Source: Verrucomicrobiota bacterium (lineage in GTDB: Bacteria > Verrucomicrobiota > Verrucomicrobiia > Opitutales > Coraliomargaritaceae). From it: 64,000 nucleotides of DNA. Of the stretch, positions 39,883 through 51,020 are shown one piece after another (positions within the stretch are counted from its first letter, which is position 1; each line of letters begins with the position of its first letter). Under the pieces are notes generated by a model. It made no database searches and had not been told where the DNA came from. It was given only the letters and a program-made list of their open reading frames with translations. The position numbers were made by a program, and so were the translations under genes. The stretch is from NCBI GenBank assembly GCA_039815375.1, contig JBCBZJ010000001.1:96001-160000 (forward strand), given 5' to 3'.

Positions 39883-40806
39883 CTATAAAAGGGCTATTTC
39901 GACCCCGAATTCGGCCTTTTCGCCGGCACTCACCGCATGCAGGCCCTTGCCGTGCTCGGGGCTGTTCGGAGGCCCCATCCACGGCTCCACGCAATAAAAG
40001 GGGCTGTCCGGCTTTTCGGTCCAGACGACAAAGGCATTCCACTGCGAGTAGGTGTCGGAGTCTTTCAGTAGGCGAATAGCGATGTCCTCTTCTCCACTCT
40101 TTGGGCCAAAAACGACCTGATTTTCCTTCAGTTTCGTGAAGATACGGTCGCTGAGTTCCGGATTGCCGAATTGTTCTTCGTTCTCGAATGGTTTGACCTC
40201 TTCGAGCGAGCCGTCAGGCGCATGGGTGAAGCATTTTTTTGCAGGCAGCTTGATGCGGTAGTCTTTGCGTTCAAGGCCCTCATGCCAGGGCAGGGTGAAG
40301 TAGAAGTGGTGGCCCGCGGACCAGAGGATCGGTTTCTTGCCCAGATTCTCAAGTGCGAGAAAGACTTTGAATGAGAGCGCTTCAAACTCGTAACGGACGG
40401 TAAACCTATAATCGAAAGGGTAGGCTTCGTGGGCAGCATCGTCGGGCTTGAGTTCCGCGATAAAGCCCCGGTCGTCCGCGTTAATGATTTCAAATGTCCC
40501 GTTTCGAGTGAAGCCATGCTGTGGCATGGGCCGGACGACGCCATGCTGGTCTTTCCACTCTCCGAGCTTTCCAGCATTATATGTCCGCGCCGAAAAGGGG
40601 AACAGGATCGGGTTGCCACCACGGACTTTTGCGAAGTTCTCGAAGTCGGCCTGCTCGGGCCAGTGAATGATATCGCGGACGGTGTCGTTGGCCATGCGCA
40701 GGTTCCAATTCATCAGCCGCGCACCCAGTTCCGGGCGCGCAAGATAGGTCGAAGGTCCGCAATTCCAGCGATGTAGTTTCAAGCCGTCGTAGTCTACGAT
40801 TTCCAT
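39883..40806 (-). CDS. Aldose 1-epimerase family protein
   Basis: [20 protein letters not shown] and FYCVEPW motifs. ATG 40806. Confidence 0.9.
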   Translation of the reverse strand: MEIVDYDGLKLHRWNCGPSTYLARPELGARLMNWNLRMANDTVRDIIHWPEQADFENFAKVRGGNPILFPFSARTYNAGKLGEWKDQHGVVRPMPQHGFTRNGTFEIINADDRGFIAELKPDDAAHEAYPFDYRFTVRYEFEALSFKVFLALENLGKKPILWSAGHHFYFTLPWHEGLERKDYRIKLPAKKCFTHAPDGSLEEVKPFENEEQFGNPELSDRIFTKLKENQVVFGPKSGEEDIAIRLLKDSDTYSQWNAFVVWTEKPDSPFYCVEPWMGPPNSPEHGKGLHAVSAGEKAEFGVEIALL

Positions 40807-40900
40807 AATTGTTTTATAGTCTGCAGAAGAGTTTTCGATAAAGCACGAATTTCTCTCAGGATGCTTGCTTTTAACTGAGCCCCTTTCATCCTTGTAAGAT

Positions 40901-42373
40901 ATGCCGCTTCGCCGGATTTGCCTTTCACTTGCCGCGTTGTTTGCGGCCGTCTCGTCCAGCCTGATTGCCGAGGAGGTTGAGCCTATGCCTGAATCAGAGG
41001 TTTTGCCCGAGATTTCGGTAGATTTGGCTCCTGAGTTTCCTGCAGACAATGAACTGCCTTCGGTTTATGTGATCCCCATCATGGACGCAATCAATCAAGC
41101 CAATTTGTTCATACTTCGCCGTGGATTAAAGGAGGCGATCGAGAACAATGTCGAAGTTGTCGTTCTTGAAATGGATACGCCCGGAGGTGGGCTCCTCATC
41201 ACTTTAGAGATGATGGAGATGCTGGATCGTTTCGAGGGCACAACCATCACTTTCGTTAACGAGGATGCCATTTCGGCGGGCTCGCTCATTGCGGTGTCGA
41301 CAGATGCGATTTATATGGCACCGAGAGGCAAGATCGGTGCGACTGGTATCATTATGGCTGGTGGGCAGGATGTGCCGGAAACCGCTCTCATGAAGATGGA
41401 GAGCTATGTGAATGCCACGGTGCGATCGCTGAACGAAGACGCGCCCTGGCGGGCGGATGTCTTCAAAGCGATGATGGAATCGGACTTTCAGGCAGAAGTT
41501 GAAGGCGAGTTGATTGGTGAAGAGGATGGCTTCCTGACCCTCACGGCAACCGAAGCAGTGCGTGAGGTCGGTGAGCCCCCCCGTCCACTATTTGCAGAAG
41601 GCATTTACGAATCGGTGGAGAAGCTACTGGACGCGCGTTTCGGGGAAGGTGAATACCAGATCAAGTCCTTCGAGGTGACTTATTCCGAGAAGATTGCGAA
41701 GTGGATGAGTGGCTTTGCACCAGCTTTACTCGGCCTCGGTTTGCTCCTTCTTTTCTTCGAGTTCAAGACGCCCGGTTTTGGTATTTTCGGTATTGGTGGG
41801 ATTGTGCTGATTGCGGTTTTCTTCATCAGCCAGCATATCGCCGGCCTTGCAGGAAATGAAGTCTTTCTCTTCTTTGCTCTTGGGATTCTTCTTGTCCTGG
41901 TCGAATTGTTTTTCTTTCCGGGCACGCTGGTCTTTGCACTCACCGGCATTGGTCTGATACTTGGCTCCCTGCTCTATGCGATGATTGATATTTGGCCGGG
42001 TGAGCCGATCCAGTTTTCACCGGAGCTGCTCGCGGAGCCAGTTGTCAATCTGGTCTTCGGATTGTCTATCGCCGTATTTGGAGCCTTCCTTTTCGGCCGT
42101 TTCTTAAAAGGTTCTTTTTTTGAAAGAATGCTTGTCCTCGAGAAAGCCGTCGGTGGCAGCAGCGAGGCAATTCGTGCAGAGCGTGAGTCAAATCTGCCTG
42201 AGCCAGGCGTTGAGGGCATAGCGGTGACAGATCTTTTTCCCAGTGGCCGTGTGGAAATTAATGGCCAGCGTTATGAAGCACGCAGTGCACTCGCTTCGAT
42301 TGAGCACGGCGCACGTATTCGAGTTAAAAAGAGCAGCGACTTCGGACTCGTTGTTGAGAAAATAAACGCATGA
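40901..42373 (+). CDS. Long NfeD-family protein (ClpP-like domain, TM region, OB fold; YqeZ-like)
   Basis: [19 protein letters not shown] and C-terminal LFPSG. Confidence 0.9.
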   Translation: MPLRRICLSLAALFAAVSSSLIAEEVEPMPESEVLPEISVDLAPEFPADNELPSVYVIPIMDAINQANLFILRRGLKEAIENNVEVVVLEMDTPGGGLLITLEMMEMLDRFEGTTITFVNEDAISAGSLIAVSTDAIYMAPRGKIGATGIIMAGGQDVPETALMKMESYVNATVRSLNEDAPWRADVFKAMMESDFQAEVEGELIGEEDGFLTLTATEAVREVGEPPRPLFAEGIYESVEKLLDARFGEGEYQIKSFEVTYSEKIAKWMSGFAPALLGLGLLLLFFEFKTPGFGIFGIGGIVLIAVFFISQHIAGLAGNEVFLFFALGILLVLVELFFFPGTLVFALTGIGLILGSLLYAMIDIWPGEPIQFSPELLAEPVVNLVFGLSIAVFGAFLFGRFLKGSFFERMLVLEKAVGGSSEAIRAERESNLPEPGVEGIAVTDLFPSGRVEINGQRYEARSALASIEHGARIRVKKSSDFGLVVEKINA

Positions 42374-42834
42374 TTACGATTGTAGCTTTGGTCTTCGCGG
42401 CACTGGTGTTGGTTTTCTTCGAAGTAGTCCTTCCCGGAGGGTTGCTCGGGATTCTTGCCTTGGTTTGTGTTCTTGCTGCGACATGGCTTGGCGCTGTCGA
42501 GTATGGGGCCTTTGGCGGAGCAAGTGTTTTCGTCGGGTCTGTTGTCGCTGTCGGCGTTCTGGTCTTTGTTGAATTCAAACTCCTCGCGAACTCCGCCCTT
42601 GGAAAGGGCTTCTTTCTCAAGTCAGAGGTAAGCGGGCACTCGAATCAGGCCCCTGCCGAAGAGAGTATTATCGGCAAAATGGGAACCAGCCTCACGCGAT
42701 TGAATCCAAGCGGAAAGGTTGCAATTGACGGCCAGAGCTATGAAGCTCACTCGCAGGATGGTTACATTGAATCCGGCCAGCCAGTAACCGTTGTTTCTCA
42801 GGATAATTTTAAACTCATCATCACAAAATCATGA
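42370..42834 (+). CDS. Short NfeD-family protein
   Basis: EVVLPGG TM region and [11 protein letters not shown]-fold motif. Confidence 0.88.
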   Translation: MITIVALVFAALVLVFFEVVLPGGLLGILALVCVLAATWLGAVEYGAFGGASVFVGSVVAVGVLVFVEFKLLANSALGKGFFLKSEVSGHSNQAPAEESIIGKMGTSLTRLNPSGKVAIDGQSYEAHSQDGYIESGQPVTVVSQDNFKLIITKS

Positions 42835-43862
42835 TCTCTATTACACTCCCACTAGCCCTTGCGGGATGGCAACTTGGTGCCGCGGCAATTCTTGGCCTCA
42901 TCCTGTTAATCGTCGGCTTTATTATTGTTTCTTTCTTCAGCCTTTGGCTGCGTGCCTTGCTGGCCGGTGCGCCGGTTGGATTTCCGACACTTGTCGCCAT
43001 GCGTCTTCGCGGTGTTCCTGCATCTGTGATTGTGGATGCACGCATCACTGCAGTGAAAGCTGGCATACAGCTTGTTACGGACGACCTCGAGGCGCACTAT
43101 CTTGCTGAAGGTAACGTCATTCAAACGGTTCAGGCATTGATTGCGGCGGACAAAGCCAACATTGAGCTCGACTGGCAGCGTGCCTGCGCGATCGACCTCG
43201 CGACCAAAGGCACGGGAAAGTCCGTGCTCGAAGCGGTTCGTACTTCAATCAACCCAAAGGTAATTGAGTGTCCGGCCGGTGGTAGCGGACGCACCACGAT
43301 CGATGGTGTCGCTAAAGATGGTATCCAAGTCAAGGCGCGTGCTCGTGTTACGGTGCGCTCGAATCTGGACAACTACGTTGGCAGTGCGCTTGAAGAAACC
43401 ATTATTGCACGTGTGGGTGAAGGTATTGTGACCACCATCGGTTCGGCGGACTCTTACAAGACCGTTCTTGAATCGCCTGACACCATTTCCAAGGTTGTGC
43501 TTGAGCGTGGCCTTGATGTGGGCACTGCATTTGAGATCCTTTCTATTGATATCGCCGATGTCGATGTCGGCCAGAATATCGGTGCTCAGCTTCAGGAATC
43601 TCAGGCTGAAGCCGACAAGAACGTCGCTCAGGCCAAGGCTGAAATGCGCCGTGCTGCGGCGGTCGCTCTTGAGCAGGAGATGAAGGCCAAGGTCGAAGAA
43701 ATGAGTGCGAAGGTTGTCGAGGCAGAGGCTCAAGTTCCCCTTGCCTTGGCAGAAGCTTTTCGCACTGGAAACCTTGGTGTGATGGATTACTACCGCCTGA
43801 ATAATATTAAGGCGGACACCGATATGCGTGACTCCATCTCTAAAGGTGACGAGAAGAAATAA
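42831..43862 (+). CDS. floA: Flotillin-like protein FloA (YqfA)
   Basis: [39 protein letters not shown] and GVMDYY motifs. Confidence 0.95.
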   Translation: MISITLPLALAGWQLGAAAILGLILLIVGFIIVSFFSLWLRALLAGAPVGFPTLVAMRLRGVPASVIVDARITAVKAGIQLVTDDLEAHYLAEGNVIQTVQALIAADKANIELDWQRACAIDLATKGTGKSVLEAVRTSINPKVIECPAGGSGRTTIDGVAKDGIQVKARARVTVRSNLDNYVGSALEETIIARVGEGIVTTIGSADSYKTVLESPDTISKVVLERGLDVGTAFEILSIDIADVDVGQNIGAQLQESQAEADKNVAQAKAEMRRAAAVALEQEMKAKVEEMSAKVVEAEAQVPLALAEAFRTGNLGVMDYYRLNNIKADTDMRDSISKGDEKK

Positions 43863-43868
43863 GTTTTG

Positions 43869-44564
43869 ATGGATAACCTCCTCGAGATTCTTGTCCCGCT
43901 GATTTTTGCAGCGATCTACTTCTTTGGAAACATGTTTTCCGGGAAGTCGCAGGATGACGATGCGCCGTCGGGTACGCCCCGGCGGGGCAGGGCCAAGGAG
44001 GAAGACGCCGATGCGGTAGAGCGCCAACGTCGTATTCAGGAGGAGATTCGCCGCAAGATCATGGAGCGTCGCCGCGTTTCCGAACAGGGGGAACAGCCAC
44101 AACCGGTTCCGACCGGCCAGGAACTGCGCGAGCGTCGCCGTGAGATAGAAGTTCGCCGCGAGACGCGTGAAGTGCGGAAGGAAACTCGCGAGGTAGTTCA
44201 CGAAAGCCAGGAAGTGCCCCCCTTCGTTGTGCCGACCCATGAAGCGACAACCGAGCCGACGCCTCCTGCGTTCTCATGGGAACAGTCCGACAATGCTTAC
44301 GAAACGGCGATGCAGGAGCAGCTCAAGCGAATCGAGGCAACCAAGCGTCAAGCCGAGCAGCTCAAGCGTCAAGCGAATGCCTCTCATAAGCGCAGTGAAG
44401 CTTCCAAAACAACGCGTAGCTCTAAAACTGGCCGCTACTTCTCAGGTCCCGTTCGCGAGTCCCTGCAGGATCCTGCCGCTGCGCGCGCGGCGTTTATCTA
44501 TGCCGAAGTGCTTGGCCAACCCATCAGTATGCGCAAAGGCACAACGGTTCCGGGGCTCAATTAA
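43869..44564 (+). CDS. YqfB-like membrane-anchored charged protein
   Basis: N-terminal TM, coiled-coil, C-terminal RAAFIYAEVLGQP, located after floA. Confidence 0.75.
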   Translation: MDNLLEILVPLIFAAIYFFGNMFSGKSQDDDAPSGTPRRGRAKEEDADAVERQRRIQEEIRRKIMERRRVSEQGEQPQPVPTGQELRERRREIEVRRETREVRKETREVVHESQEVPPFVVPTHEATTEPTPPAFSWEQSDNAYETAMQEQLKRIEATKRQAEQLKRQANASHKRSEASKTTRSSKTGRYFSGPVRESLQDPAAARAAFIYAEVLGQPISMRKGTTVPGLN

Positions 44565-44674
44565 TAGATTTATTGGAATAAGAAGTTACCTTATTTCTTG
44601 CGGAACTTCTGTATAGTTTGTGCGATCAACTGAGCATGCGCGCAACACAACACGTCATGCCATCATTTCCCACA

Positions 44675-45184
44675 ATGGCTCCTACAGAAGAACTTTTCGA
44701 TGTCGTCGATACCGAGGACAATGTCCTCAGGCCGGAGACTCGATCCACTGTTCACCGTAATAGACTGCTGCATCGTGCCGTCCATATCTTTGTATTCAAT
44801 GCAGTCGGGCAACTCTACCTGCAGCGCCGCTCCATGACAAAGGATAGCGCTCCCGGCAAGTGGGTCAGTTCTTGCTCCGGGCACGTCGACAGTGGTGAGG
44901 ATTACGACACCGCAGCGGTTCGCGAGCTCGGGGAGGAGATTGGTTTGTTTGATCCGCAGGGGATGGAACGCGTCTTCAAGGAGGCACCCTGTGCGGCGAC
45001 GGGCAATGAGTTCGTCTGGGTCTACCGCTGCTATGACGAAGGGCCCTTTACGCTCGATCCCGAGGAGGTCAGCGACGGCAAGTGGATTGATCTCGAAAAG
45101 CTCGATCAATGGATCGAAGAACGTCCACGTGATTTTGCCTGGTCCTTCACCTATCTCTGGGCCAAGTATTGCAAGCAGGTCTGA
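44675..45184 (+). CDS. NUDIX hydrolase (IDI type 1-like)
   Basis: LHRAVH, LQRRS..KD..PG.W and SGHVDSGE...[10 protein letters not shown]. Start uncertain (44657 or 44675). Confidence 0.88.
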   Translation: MAPTEELFDVVDTEDNVLRPETRSTVHRNRLLHRAVHIFVFNAVGQLYLQRRSMTKDSAPGKWVSSCSGHVDSGEDYDTAAVRELGEEIGLFDPQGMERVFKEAPCAATGNEFVWVYRCYDEGPFTLDPEEVSDGKWIDLEKLDQWIEERPRDFAWSFTYLWAKYCKQV

Positions 45185-45318
45185 CTTCCAAGCGGAGTTC
45201 CATCGCCAAGTTCTCAAAGTCCTGATGACTGTTCAGGCATGTTGAACAGGGCTTTTTGGGCCTTCTTATCATACTTGCTTTATCTGAAGAGGACGCCAAA
45301 TTACCCTGCCTTGAACGC

Positions 45319-46830
45319 ATGGCCGCCCTAATACAGACACCAAAAATTCTCGTGATCGATGATGATGACGACCTTCGTTATTCCCTGAAGCGAGTGCTTT
45401 CGGGAAAGAAGTACGAAGTGTTGGAAGCAGGCAGTGGTGAAGACGGCATCAAGATGGCAGAGCAACACGGCCCGCACGTCATTCTCCTGGACAACCGCAT
45501 GGGTGGCATGAGCGGTATTGAAGCTCTGCAGCACCTGCGCGGGATTAATCCGAATGCCATGATTATCCTCATGACTGCTTATGGGACGACACAGACCACG
45601 ATCGAGGCGATGAAGTTCGGTGCCTTCGATTACATCATGAAGCCATTCGACCTGAAAAAGATCCTCACCCTGACCGAGGCGGCGGTTGCGGCTTCGAGTG
45701 ATCTGGACAAGGCCAATCAGGAGGAGCCCGAATTCGGCATTACGCAGGAAGACCTCGAAGGCGGCATCATCGGCAGTTCTGCAGCGATGCAAAATGTTTT
45801 CAAGATGATTGGTCAGGTTGCAGCCAGCGACGTTACAGTCATGATTACGGGAGAGAGTGGCACGGGTAAGGAATTGATCGCCCGCTCTATCTACAAAAAC
45901 AGCCTCCGCTCTCAGCGGCCCTACATCGCCGTCAATTGTGCAGCGATCCCGGAAAACCTCATTGAAAGCGAGCTTTTCGGTCATGAGAAAGGCTCTTTCA
46001 CGGGCGCGACAGGTCAACGCATCGGTAAGTTCGAGCTCTGTGATGGCGGCACAATTTTCCTCGATGAAATCGGGGATATGGCTTTGACGACGCAGACCAA
46101 GATTCTCCGTGCTTTGCAGGAGGGTGAGATCCAGCGCGTCGGCAGCAGTGATACGATTAAGGTCAATGTCCGCATGCTCGCCGCGACGAATAAGCCGCTT
46201 GAGGAAATGGTCGAAGAAAAGACTTTCCGTGAGGATCTCTATTACCGCCTGAACGTCGTGCGCATCCAACTGCCGCCGCTTCGCGAGCGCATGGAAGACG
46301 TGCCCCGGTTGATTGATTTCGTTCTGCGCCGCCTTGAACAGGAGAGTAAAGCCCGTGTAAAAGCGATCTCACCGGAGGCCCTTGAAGTGCTCAACTGCTA
46401 TAGTTGGCCGGGTAACGTTCGCGAACTTGAAAACCTGATCTACCGCAGTGCGGTAATGGCTCAAGGCGAGACAATTCTAATCAAGGACCTGCCTCAGGAG
46501 GTCGTTCTTGCTGTCGGTGGTGAAATCCCAACCACAAACCCACCGGTTGCGGTAGAGGCACCTGATGCGGATGCGAAGACTGCAGTCGAAACGGTCGCAG
46601 AGGAGGTTGGCGATGTGCTGGGCAAGCCGCTTGAGGAACCTTTTGATGACGCCTACAAAAAACTTCGCAGCGAGCGGGAGACGAATATCCTCGAGCACGC
46701 AGAGCGTGAATTCATCCGACGTGCACTGGACGAGGTCGGCGGAAAACAAGTCAAGGCTGCTGAAATTCTGGGTATGACTCGGGCTACCTTACGCAAGCGG
46801 ATGGACCAATACGATTTGGGAGGAAAGTGA
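45319..46830 (+). CDS. Sigma-54-dependent response regulator (NtrC family)
   Basis: Receiver domain, [39 protein letters not shown] and Fis-type HTH. Confidence 0.95.
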   Translation: MAALIQTPKILVIDDDDDLRYSLKRVLSGKKYEVLEAGSGEDGIKMAEQHGPHVILLDNRMGGMSGIEALQHLRGINPNAMIILMTAYGTTQTTIEAMKFGAFDYIMKPFDLKKILTLTEAAVAASSDLDKANQEEPEFGITQEDLEGGIIGSSAAMQNVFKMIGQVAASDVTVMITGESGTGKELIARSIYKNSLRSQRPYIAVNCAAIPENLIESELFGHEKGSFTGATGQRIGKFELCDGGTIFLDEIGDMALTTQTKILRALQEGEIQRVGSSDTIKVNVRMLAATNKPLEEMVEEKTFREDLYYRLNVVRIQLPPLRERMEDVPRLIDFVLRRLEQESKARVKAISPEALEVLNCYSWPGNVRELENLIYRSAVMAQGETILIKDLPQEVVLAVGGEIPTTNPPVAVEAPDADAKTAVETVAEEVGDVLGKPLEEPFDDAYKKLRSERETNILEHAEREFIRRALDEVGGKQVKAAEILGMTRATLRKRMDQYDLGGK

Positions 46831-46934
46831 ACCGATTTTAATAAGGCCTGTCTCTACAAACAAGGTTCTCCAGTTGACCTTTACCGAAAGGCGCCGATGC
46901 TCCGCTCCTTTGTTCTCTCCATTATATTATTACC

Positions 46935-48062
46935 ATGTATCTAAAGACTCTCCGTTTTTTCCTTATACTACCTTTATTCGGCGCATCACTTCTTGCTGAA
47001 GAAGACACTTCAGAAGTCGAACAGGTCGAGCCCATTGTCGAAGAGGTTGCTCCGCCGCCGGTCGAGGCGACTCCAGCCGAGCTGAATGAGGTGCTCGGCT
47101 ACCTTACCGCACTCGGTGGAGGTATTGGCTCGCTCCAGCTGGACGAAGAAGCGATCGTTGAATTGGCTGATGGCCTGAACAAGGCACTCAAAGGTGAAAT
47201 CGAAATCACTTCTTTACCCCAAGCCGAGGTCGAGAAAGCTTTTGGCGAAGCACAGGCTCGTGCTGAAGCCGTTCAGAGTGCCGCAGAGGAACTTCCTGCC
47301 TTTGGTGAAGGCTCTCTCGAGAAGATCGGTGCTCTTATCTGCATGCAGTCGGGCATCCAGCAGCTTGGCTTTGGTGCAGAAGATGCCGACGATATAAGGA
47401 AGGGTTTTATTGCGGGTGCTACTGCAACAGGTCTTACCCCCGAGATTGAAGCCAAGATGCCGGCGTTTCAGGCTATGATTGAAGGCAGAATGCAAATCGC
47501 ACAAGCTGCTGCGCTCGCCGAGCAGGAGAAAGCCCGCGAAGCAGCGATGGCAGAGTTTAAGCCAATTGCCGCGGAGTGGGGTGAAAAAGAAAATGTAAGT
47601 ATTGTTCTCGAGACCACTCAAGGTGAGGTCGAGGTCGAGCTCTACCCGAAGTCTGCACCCCTTGCGGTGGCCAATTTCGTCGGCCATGTTGAAAGTGGCT
47701 ACTACGATGGCATTATTTTCCACCGCGTGATCGATGGTTTCATGATCCAGGGTGGCGACCCACTTGGTTCCGGTATTGGAGGCGAGTCGATTTGGGGCAA
47801 ACCATTCCCGGATGAATTTACTGAAGAACTGCGTTTCGATACCGAAGGCCTACTGGCGATGGCTAATTCGGGGCCTATGACCAATGGCAGCCAGTTTTTC
47901 ATTACCACTGGCAAGCCAGACTGGCTCAATGATAAGCACACGATTTTTGGTAAAGTTGTTTCCGGTTATGATAATGTGGTCAAAATCGAGAAGACCGAGA
48001 CCGGCGAACAGGACAAGCCGGTTGCAGAGCAAAAAATCGTTAAAGCTTACCTTAAAAAATGA
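46935..48062 (+). CDS. Secreted cyclophilin-type PPIase with N-terminal helical extension
   Basis: FHRVIDGFMIQGGDP, LAMANSGP..NGSQFFIT and WLNDKHTIFG motifs. Confidence 0.92.
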   Translation: MYLKTLRFFLILPLFGASLLAEEDTSEVEQVEPIVEEVAPPPVEATPAELNEVLGYLTALGGGIGSLQLDEEAIVELADGLNKALKGEIEITSLPQAEVEKAFGEAQARAEAVQSAAEELPAFGEGSLEKIGALICMQSGIQQLGFGAEDADDIRKGFIAGATATGLTPEIEAKMPAFQAMIEGRMQIAQAAALAEQEKAREAAMAEFKPIAAEWGEKENVSIVLETTQGEVEVELYPKSAPLAVANFVGHVESGYYDGIIFHRVIDGFMIQGGDPLGSGIGGESIWGKPFPDEFTEELRFDTEGLLAMANSGPMTNGSQFFITTGKPDWLNDKHTIFGKVVSGYDNVVKIEKTETGEQDKPVAEQKIVKAYLKK

Positions 48063-48084
48063 GCGTGTAGGCTACAATTTTCTG

Positions 48085-48114
48085 AAAGGCGAAGCCGCAT
48101 GGCTTCGCCTTTTT
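48085..48114. terminator. Bidirectional intrinsic terminator
   Basis: AAAGGCGAAGCC-GCAT-GGCTTCGCCTTTTT between the convergent PPIase and queE genes. Confidence 0.8.
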
Positions 48115-48787
48115 AGTAGCCCTTAAGGATGCTTCCGCCAAGCGGGGCCGCTGCCTCGCTACGGGTATCAAGACTGTCGGCAGCGTAAGGTTTGTGTATT
48201 TGCCAACCTGCACGGTAGGGTGCGCCGTGTTCTTTGATCCACTGCGTGATTGCTTCGAGTAATTCAGCATCCTCACGCATAGACCATTCCGGATGCAGCC
48301 AGATCGGAGGTTTTGCGTTCGCTGATTGGATAAGGTTATCGTATTCGCGAATTGAATACGGAGAATCGACAATGACCTTGAACTCGTTTGCCTTTCTGAG
48401 GTTTTCCTTCAGGGGCAGCTTCCATCTTTTCGGGCTGAGTGTGATCCAGTCGAAATCACCTTTGATTGGAAAAGCGCCGCTGGTTTCGAGATGCGCTTTC
48501 AATCCGACTTCATGGAGTGCATCGACGAGCGGGGAAAGATTATGAACCGTCGGTTCGCCTCCGGTCACAACTACGAACTCAGCGTTTGTTTCGTTAACCG
48601 CTTGAACCAGGGTTGCTACATCAAAGCGGTGCACCTTTTCCGGGATGTAGTCCGGATGCCAGGTGCCTGCGGAGTCGCACCAGGGGCAATGCACCGGACA
48701 GCCAAAGGTGCGGATGAAATAAGCCGCACGACCGATGTGCACGCCTTCACCTTGAAAAGAATAGAACTGCTCGTGAATCGGGAGCAT
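48113..48787 (-). CDS. queE: 7-carboxy-7-deazaguanine synthase
   Basis: [27 protein letters not shown] and SPK motifs. Confidence 0.95.
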   Translation of the reverse strand: MLPIHEQFYSFQGEGVHIGRAAYFIRTFGCPVHCPWCDSAGTWHPDYIPEKVHRFDVATLVQAVNETNAEFVVVTGGEPTVHNLSPLVDALHEVGLKAHLETSGAFPIKGDFDWITLSPKRWKLPLKENLRKANEFKVIVDSPYSIREYDNLIQSANAKPPIWLHPEWSMREDAELLEAITQWIKEHGAPYRAGWQIHKPYAADSLDTRSEAAAPLGGSILKGY

Positions 48788-49218
48788 CAGTCGATTCGGT
48801 ATTCAGCCGAATTTTTGGAGTCCTCCTCAATTTCGACTGCAACGATCCGGCAGCGGCCCTCGGTGCCCTCGCGCACTATCGCATCGAAAACACCGTGCAG
48901 GTGCTCGGCGATTCCTTCGCAGGAGCAACTCGGCAGGATATAGGCGTGGAAGAGTTCGGCGTAATCTTGAAGGAGCTTGTCCTTCTCGGAATCGTCCTGA
49001 TTGAAGAGGCAGGCGTGGTCGAGGTGGTCGGCAATCCATTGCTTGATGTCGCTGAGCTTGCCGAAATCGATGACGAAGCCGTTGGCATCAAGGTCTTCAC
49101 ATGCGAAGGTTAGCGTGATGGTCCAGTTGTGCCCGTGGATCAAGGCGCAGTGCCCTTCATGTCGGTGCTGACGATGGGCGAAGGGGATGTCGCGGTAGCT
49201 CTTTTTACACGTGATCAT
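48787..49218 (-). CDS. queD: 6-carboxytetrahydropterin synthase
   Basis: [16 protein letters not shown] and LDH motifs. Confidence 0.93.
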   Translation of the reverse strand: MITCKKSYRDIPFAHRQHRHEGHCALIHGHNWTITLTFACEDLDANGFVIDFGKLSDIKQWIADHLDHACLFNQDDSEKDKLLQDYAELFHAYILPSCSCEGIAEHLHGVFDAIVREGTEGRCRIVAVEIEEDSKNSAEYRID

Positions 49219-49246
49219 GTTTAGTTTAAATCGTTATCTTAATCGT

Positions 49247-49948
49247 CTAGAGGCGCCAGTTTTTGGCCAGGAGGGCTTCCACACTCGGGGCATCCGCCTG
49301 GTATTCCGTTGGGTCCTCAACTCCGGCAAGGTAAAAGGCTTCGCGGCGTTCGATGCAGGTGCCACAGCGGCCACAGTGTTTCTCGCCACCTTTGTAACAG
49401 GACCAGGTTAACTCAAAGGGCACTTCGAGCTCTGCTCCGCGTCGAACGATGTCCGCCTTACTCCAGTCAACAAAGGGGCGACTAAGCTCAATTTTTTCCC
49501 AATCGCAGAGGGTCATGGCTTGGGCCATCGCATCAGCAAACTCATTCCGGCAATCCGGATAGATCGCATGGTCGCCGCTATGCGCGGCATAGGCGACTTG
49601 CGTTGCACCAATTGAAAGAGCGTGTCCGGTGGCAAGGGCCAGCAAAATCATGTTCCGGTTCGGCACCACTGTGGTCTTCATGTTCTCTTCGGTGTAGTGG
49701 CCTTCAGCGACATCGATCTCTGGTGAAGTGAGGCTGCTGCCGGCGAGCAGCGGCTGGATTGCCGAAAGGTCGGCGACCTTGTGCCCAATGCCGAGCTGTT
49801 TACAAACTGAAGCCGCACATTCCAGTTCCTTGACGTGACGCTGTCCGTAGTCGACCGAAAGCGCGTGCACATCGTGCCCGGTTTTGAGCATGTGATAGAG
49901 TAGGACGGTTGAGTCCAGACCGCCGGAGTAGATCGCAAGTGTTTTCAT
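49247..49948 (-). CDS. queC: 7-cyano-7-deazaguanine synthase
   Basis: SGGLDST, YGQRH, VPNRN, YPDCR and SCY...CGRCGTC. ATG 49948 (the longer listed ORF overlaps the tRNAs). Confidence 0.96.
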   Translation of the reverse strand: MKTLAIYSGGLDSTVLLYHMLKTGHDVHALSVDYGQRHVKELECAASVCKQLGIGHKVADLSAIQPLLAGSSLTSPEIDVAEGHYTEENMKTTVVPNRNMILLALATGHALSIGATQVAYAAHSGDHAIYPDCRNEFADAMAQAMTLCDWEKIELSRPFVDWSKADIVRRGAELEVPFELTWSCYKGGEKHCGRCGTCIERREAFYLAGVEDPTEYQADAPSVEALLAKNWRL

Positions 49949-50098
49949 GAATTCAGTGGTTGGCCGAGTGGCCTGCCCTGGGAATTCCTTAGCAGGGCGA
50001 AAAGAGCGTAGCGTGGTGTTCAGGCGGCACGGGGCAAGTATAAACAAGGCTTTTCGCATTGACCTGAAGATGGCTGCGTTGAAGCTGATAACAATCAG

Positions 50099-50173
50099 GC
50101 TCCCGTAGTTCAATGGATAGAGCAGTGGTCTCCGAAGCCGCAAATGTGGGTTCGAATCCCGCCGGGAGCACCA
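50099..50173 (+). tRNA. tRNA-Arg (anticodon CCG)
   Basis: Acceptor stem GCTCCCG/CGGGAGC, anticodon loop CTCCGAA, T loop TTCGAAT, encoded CCA. Confidence 0.95.
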
Positions 50174-50205
50174 GCCGTGGCTGAAGTGCTTGCATCTGAG
50201 AAGAC

Positions 50206-50281
<76 letters not shown>

Positions 50282-50298
50282 CCTTTCAGAAGCGGGGG

Positions 50299-50327
50299 AT
50301 GCAATGTCGGCGCATCGGGCTTGTCAA
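50299..50327 (-). promoter_or_regulatory. Putative sigma-70 promoter of tRNA-Lys
   Basis: TTGACA-17 nt-TTGCAT on the minus strand, just upstream of the tRNA. Confidence 0.6.
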
Positions 50328-50405
50328 GAAAAGGAAATACTTACTGAATTGAATTTGAACGTTTTTTTTTGGGAACAAATCTAAGCTTCAGACGATCTAG
50401 CTTAT

Positions 50406-51020
50406 ATGAACCCCACTATGACTGCAAAAACCGAAGCCTTGAACCCTGATGATTTGTTGATTGAGCGTGTCAAAAACGGGGACACCGCAGCCTACAACGA
50501 CATTGTCGGCCGCTATTACGACAGAATTTACGCTCGAGTCTCTCAACTCCTTAAGAACAAACAAGATGCGGAGGAAGTGACGCAAGACGCCTTCATCCGT
50601 GCGCATCGAGGTCTTGAGAATTTTCGGGGCGACGCCTCTTTTTCTACCTGGCTCTACCAAATTGCGACAAATTTGGCGCACAATCGCTACTGGTATTGGT
50701 TCCGCCGCAAGCGTGACCAGTCTATTTCGCTCGATCAGCCACTCACCGATGATGGTGATTTGATTCTTGAGAATGTTATGCCGAGCGAGGGTGAGAACCC
50801 TGCAGAAGCTGCGGTGACTCAGGAATTCGTAGATCGTGTTAGCGAGTGCATGCACGGGCTTAATGAAAAGCACAAGGAAGTGCTGATTCTAAGGAATGTT
50901 AAGAACTTGTCCTATGATGAGATCGCGGCACAGCTCGAGATCAGCGTAGGCACTGTGAAGAGTCGAATCGCCCGTGCGCGCGAAAGCCTTCGCGAATTGA
51001 TGGGTAATGATTTTTCATGA
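50406..51020 (+). CDS. ECF sigma-70 factor (RpoE-like)
   Basis: DAEEVTQDAF, FRGDASFSTWLYQIA and SYDEIA...GTVKSRIARAR motifs. Confidence 0.95.
   Translation: MNPTMTAKTEALNPDDLLIERVKNGDTAAYNDIVGRYYDRIYARVSQLLKNKQDAEEVTQDAFIRAHRGLENFRGDASFSTWLYQIATNLAHNRYWYWFRRKRDQSISLDQPLTDDGDLILENVMPSEGENPAEAAVTQEFVDRVSECMHGLNEKHKEVLILRNVKNLSYDEIAAQLEISVGTVKSRIARARESLRELMGNDFS

Noticed and set aside
13954..46830. CHASE kinase (13954-15921) and NtrC-type regulator (45319-46830) as a cognate pair
   Set aside because: They lie about 30 kb apart and nothing in the sequence links them
48113..49948. queCDE as part of a Dpd 7-deazaguanine DNA-modification island
   Set aside because: No dpdA/tgt-like or other dpd genes nearby. 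Ordinary queuosine precursor synthesis is sufficient
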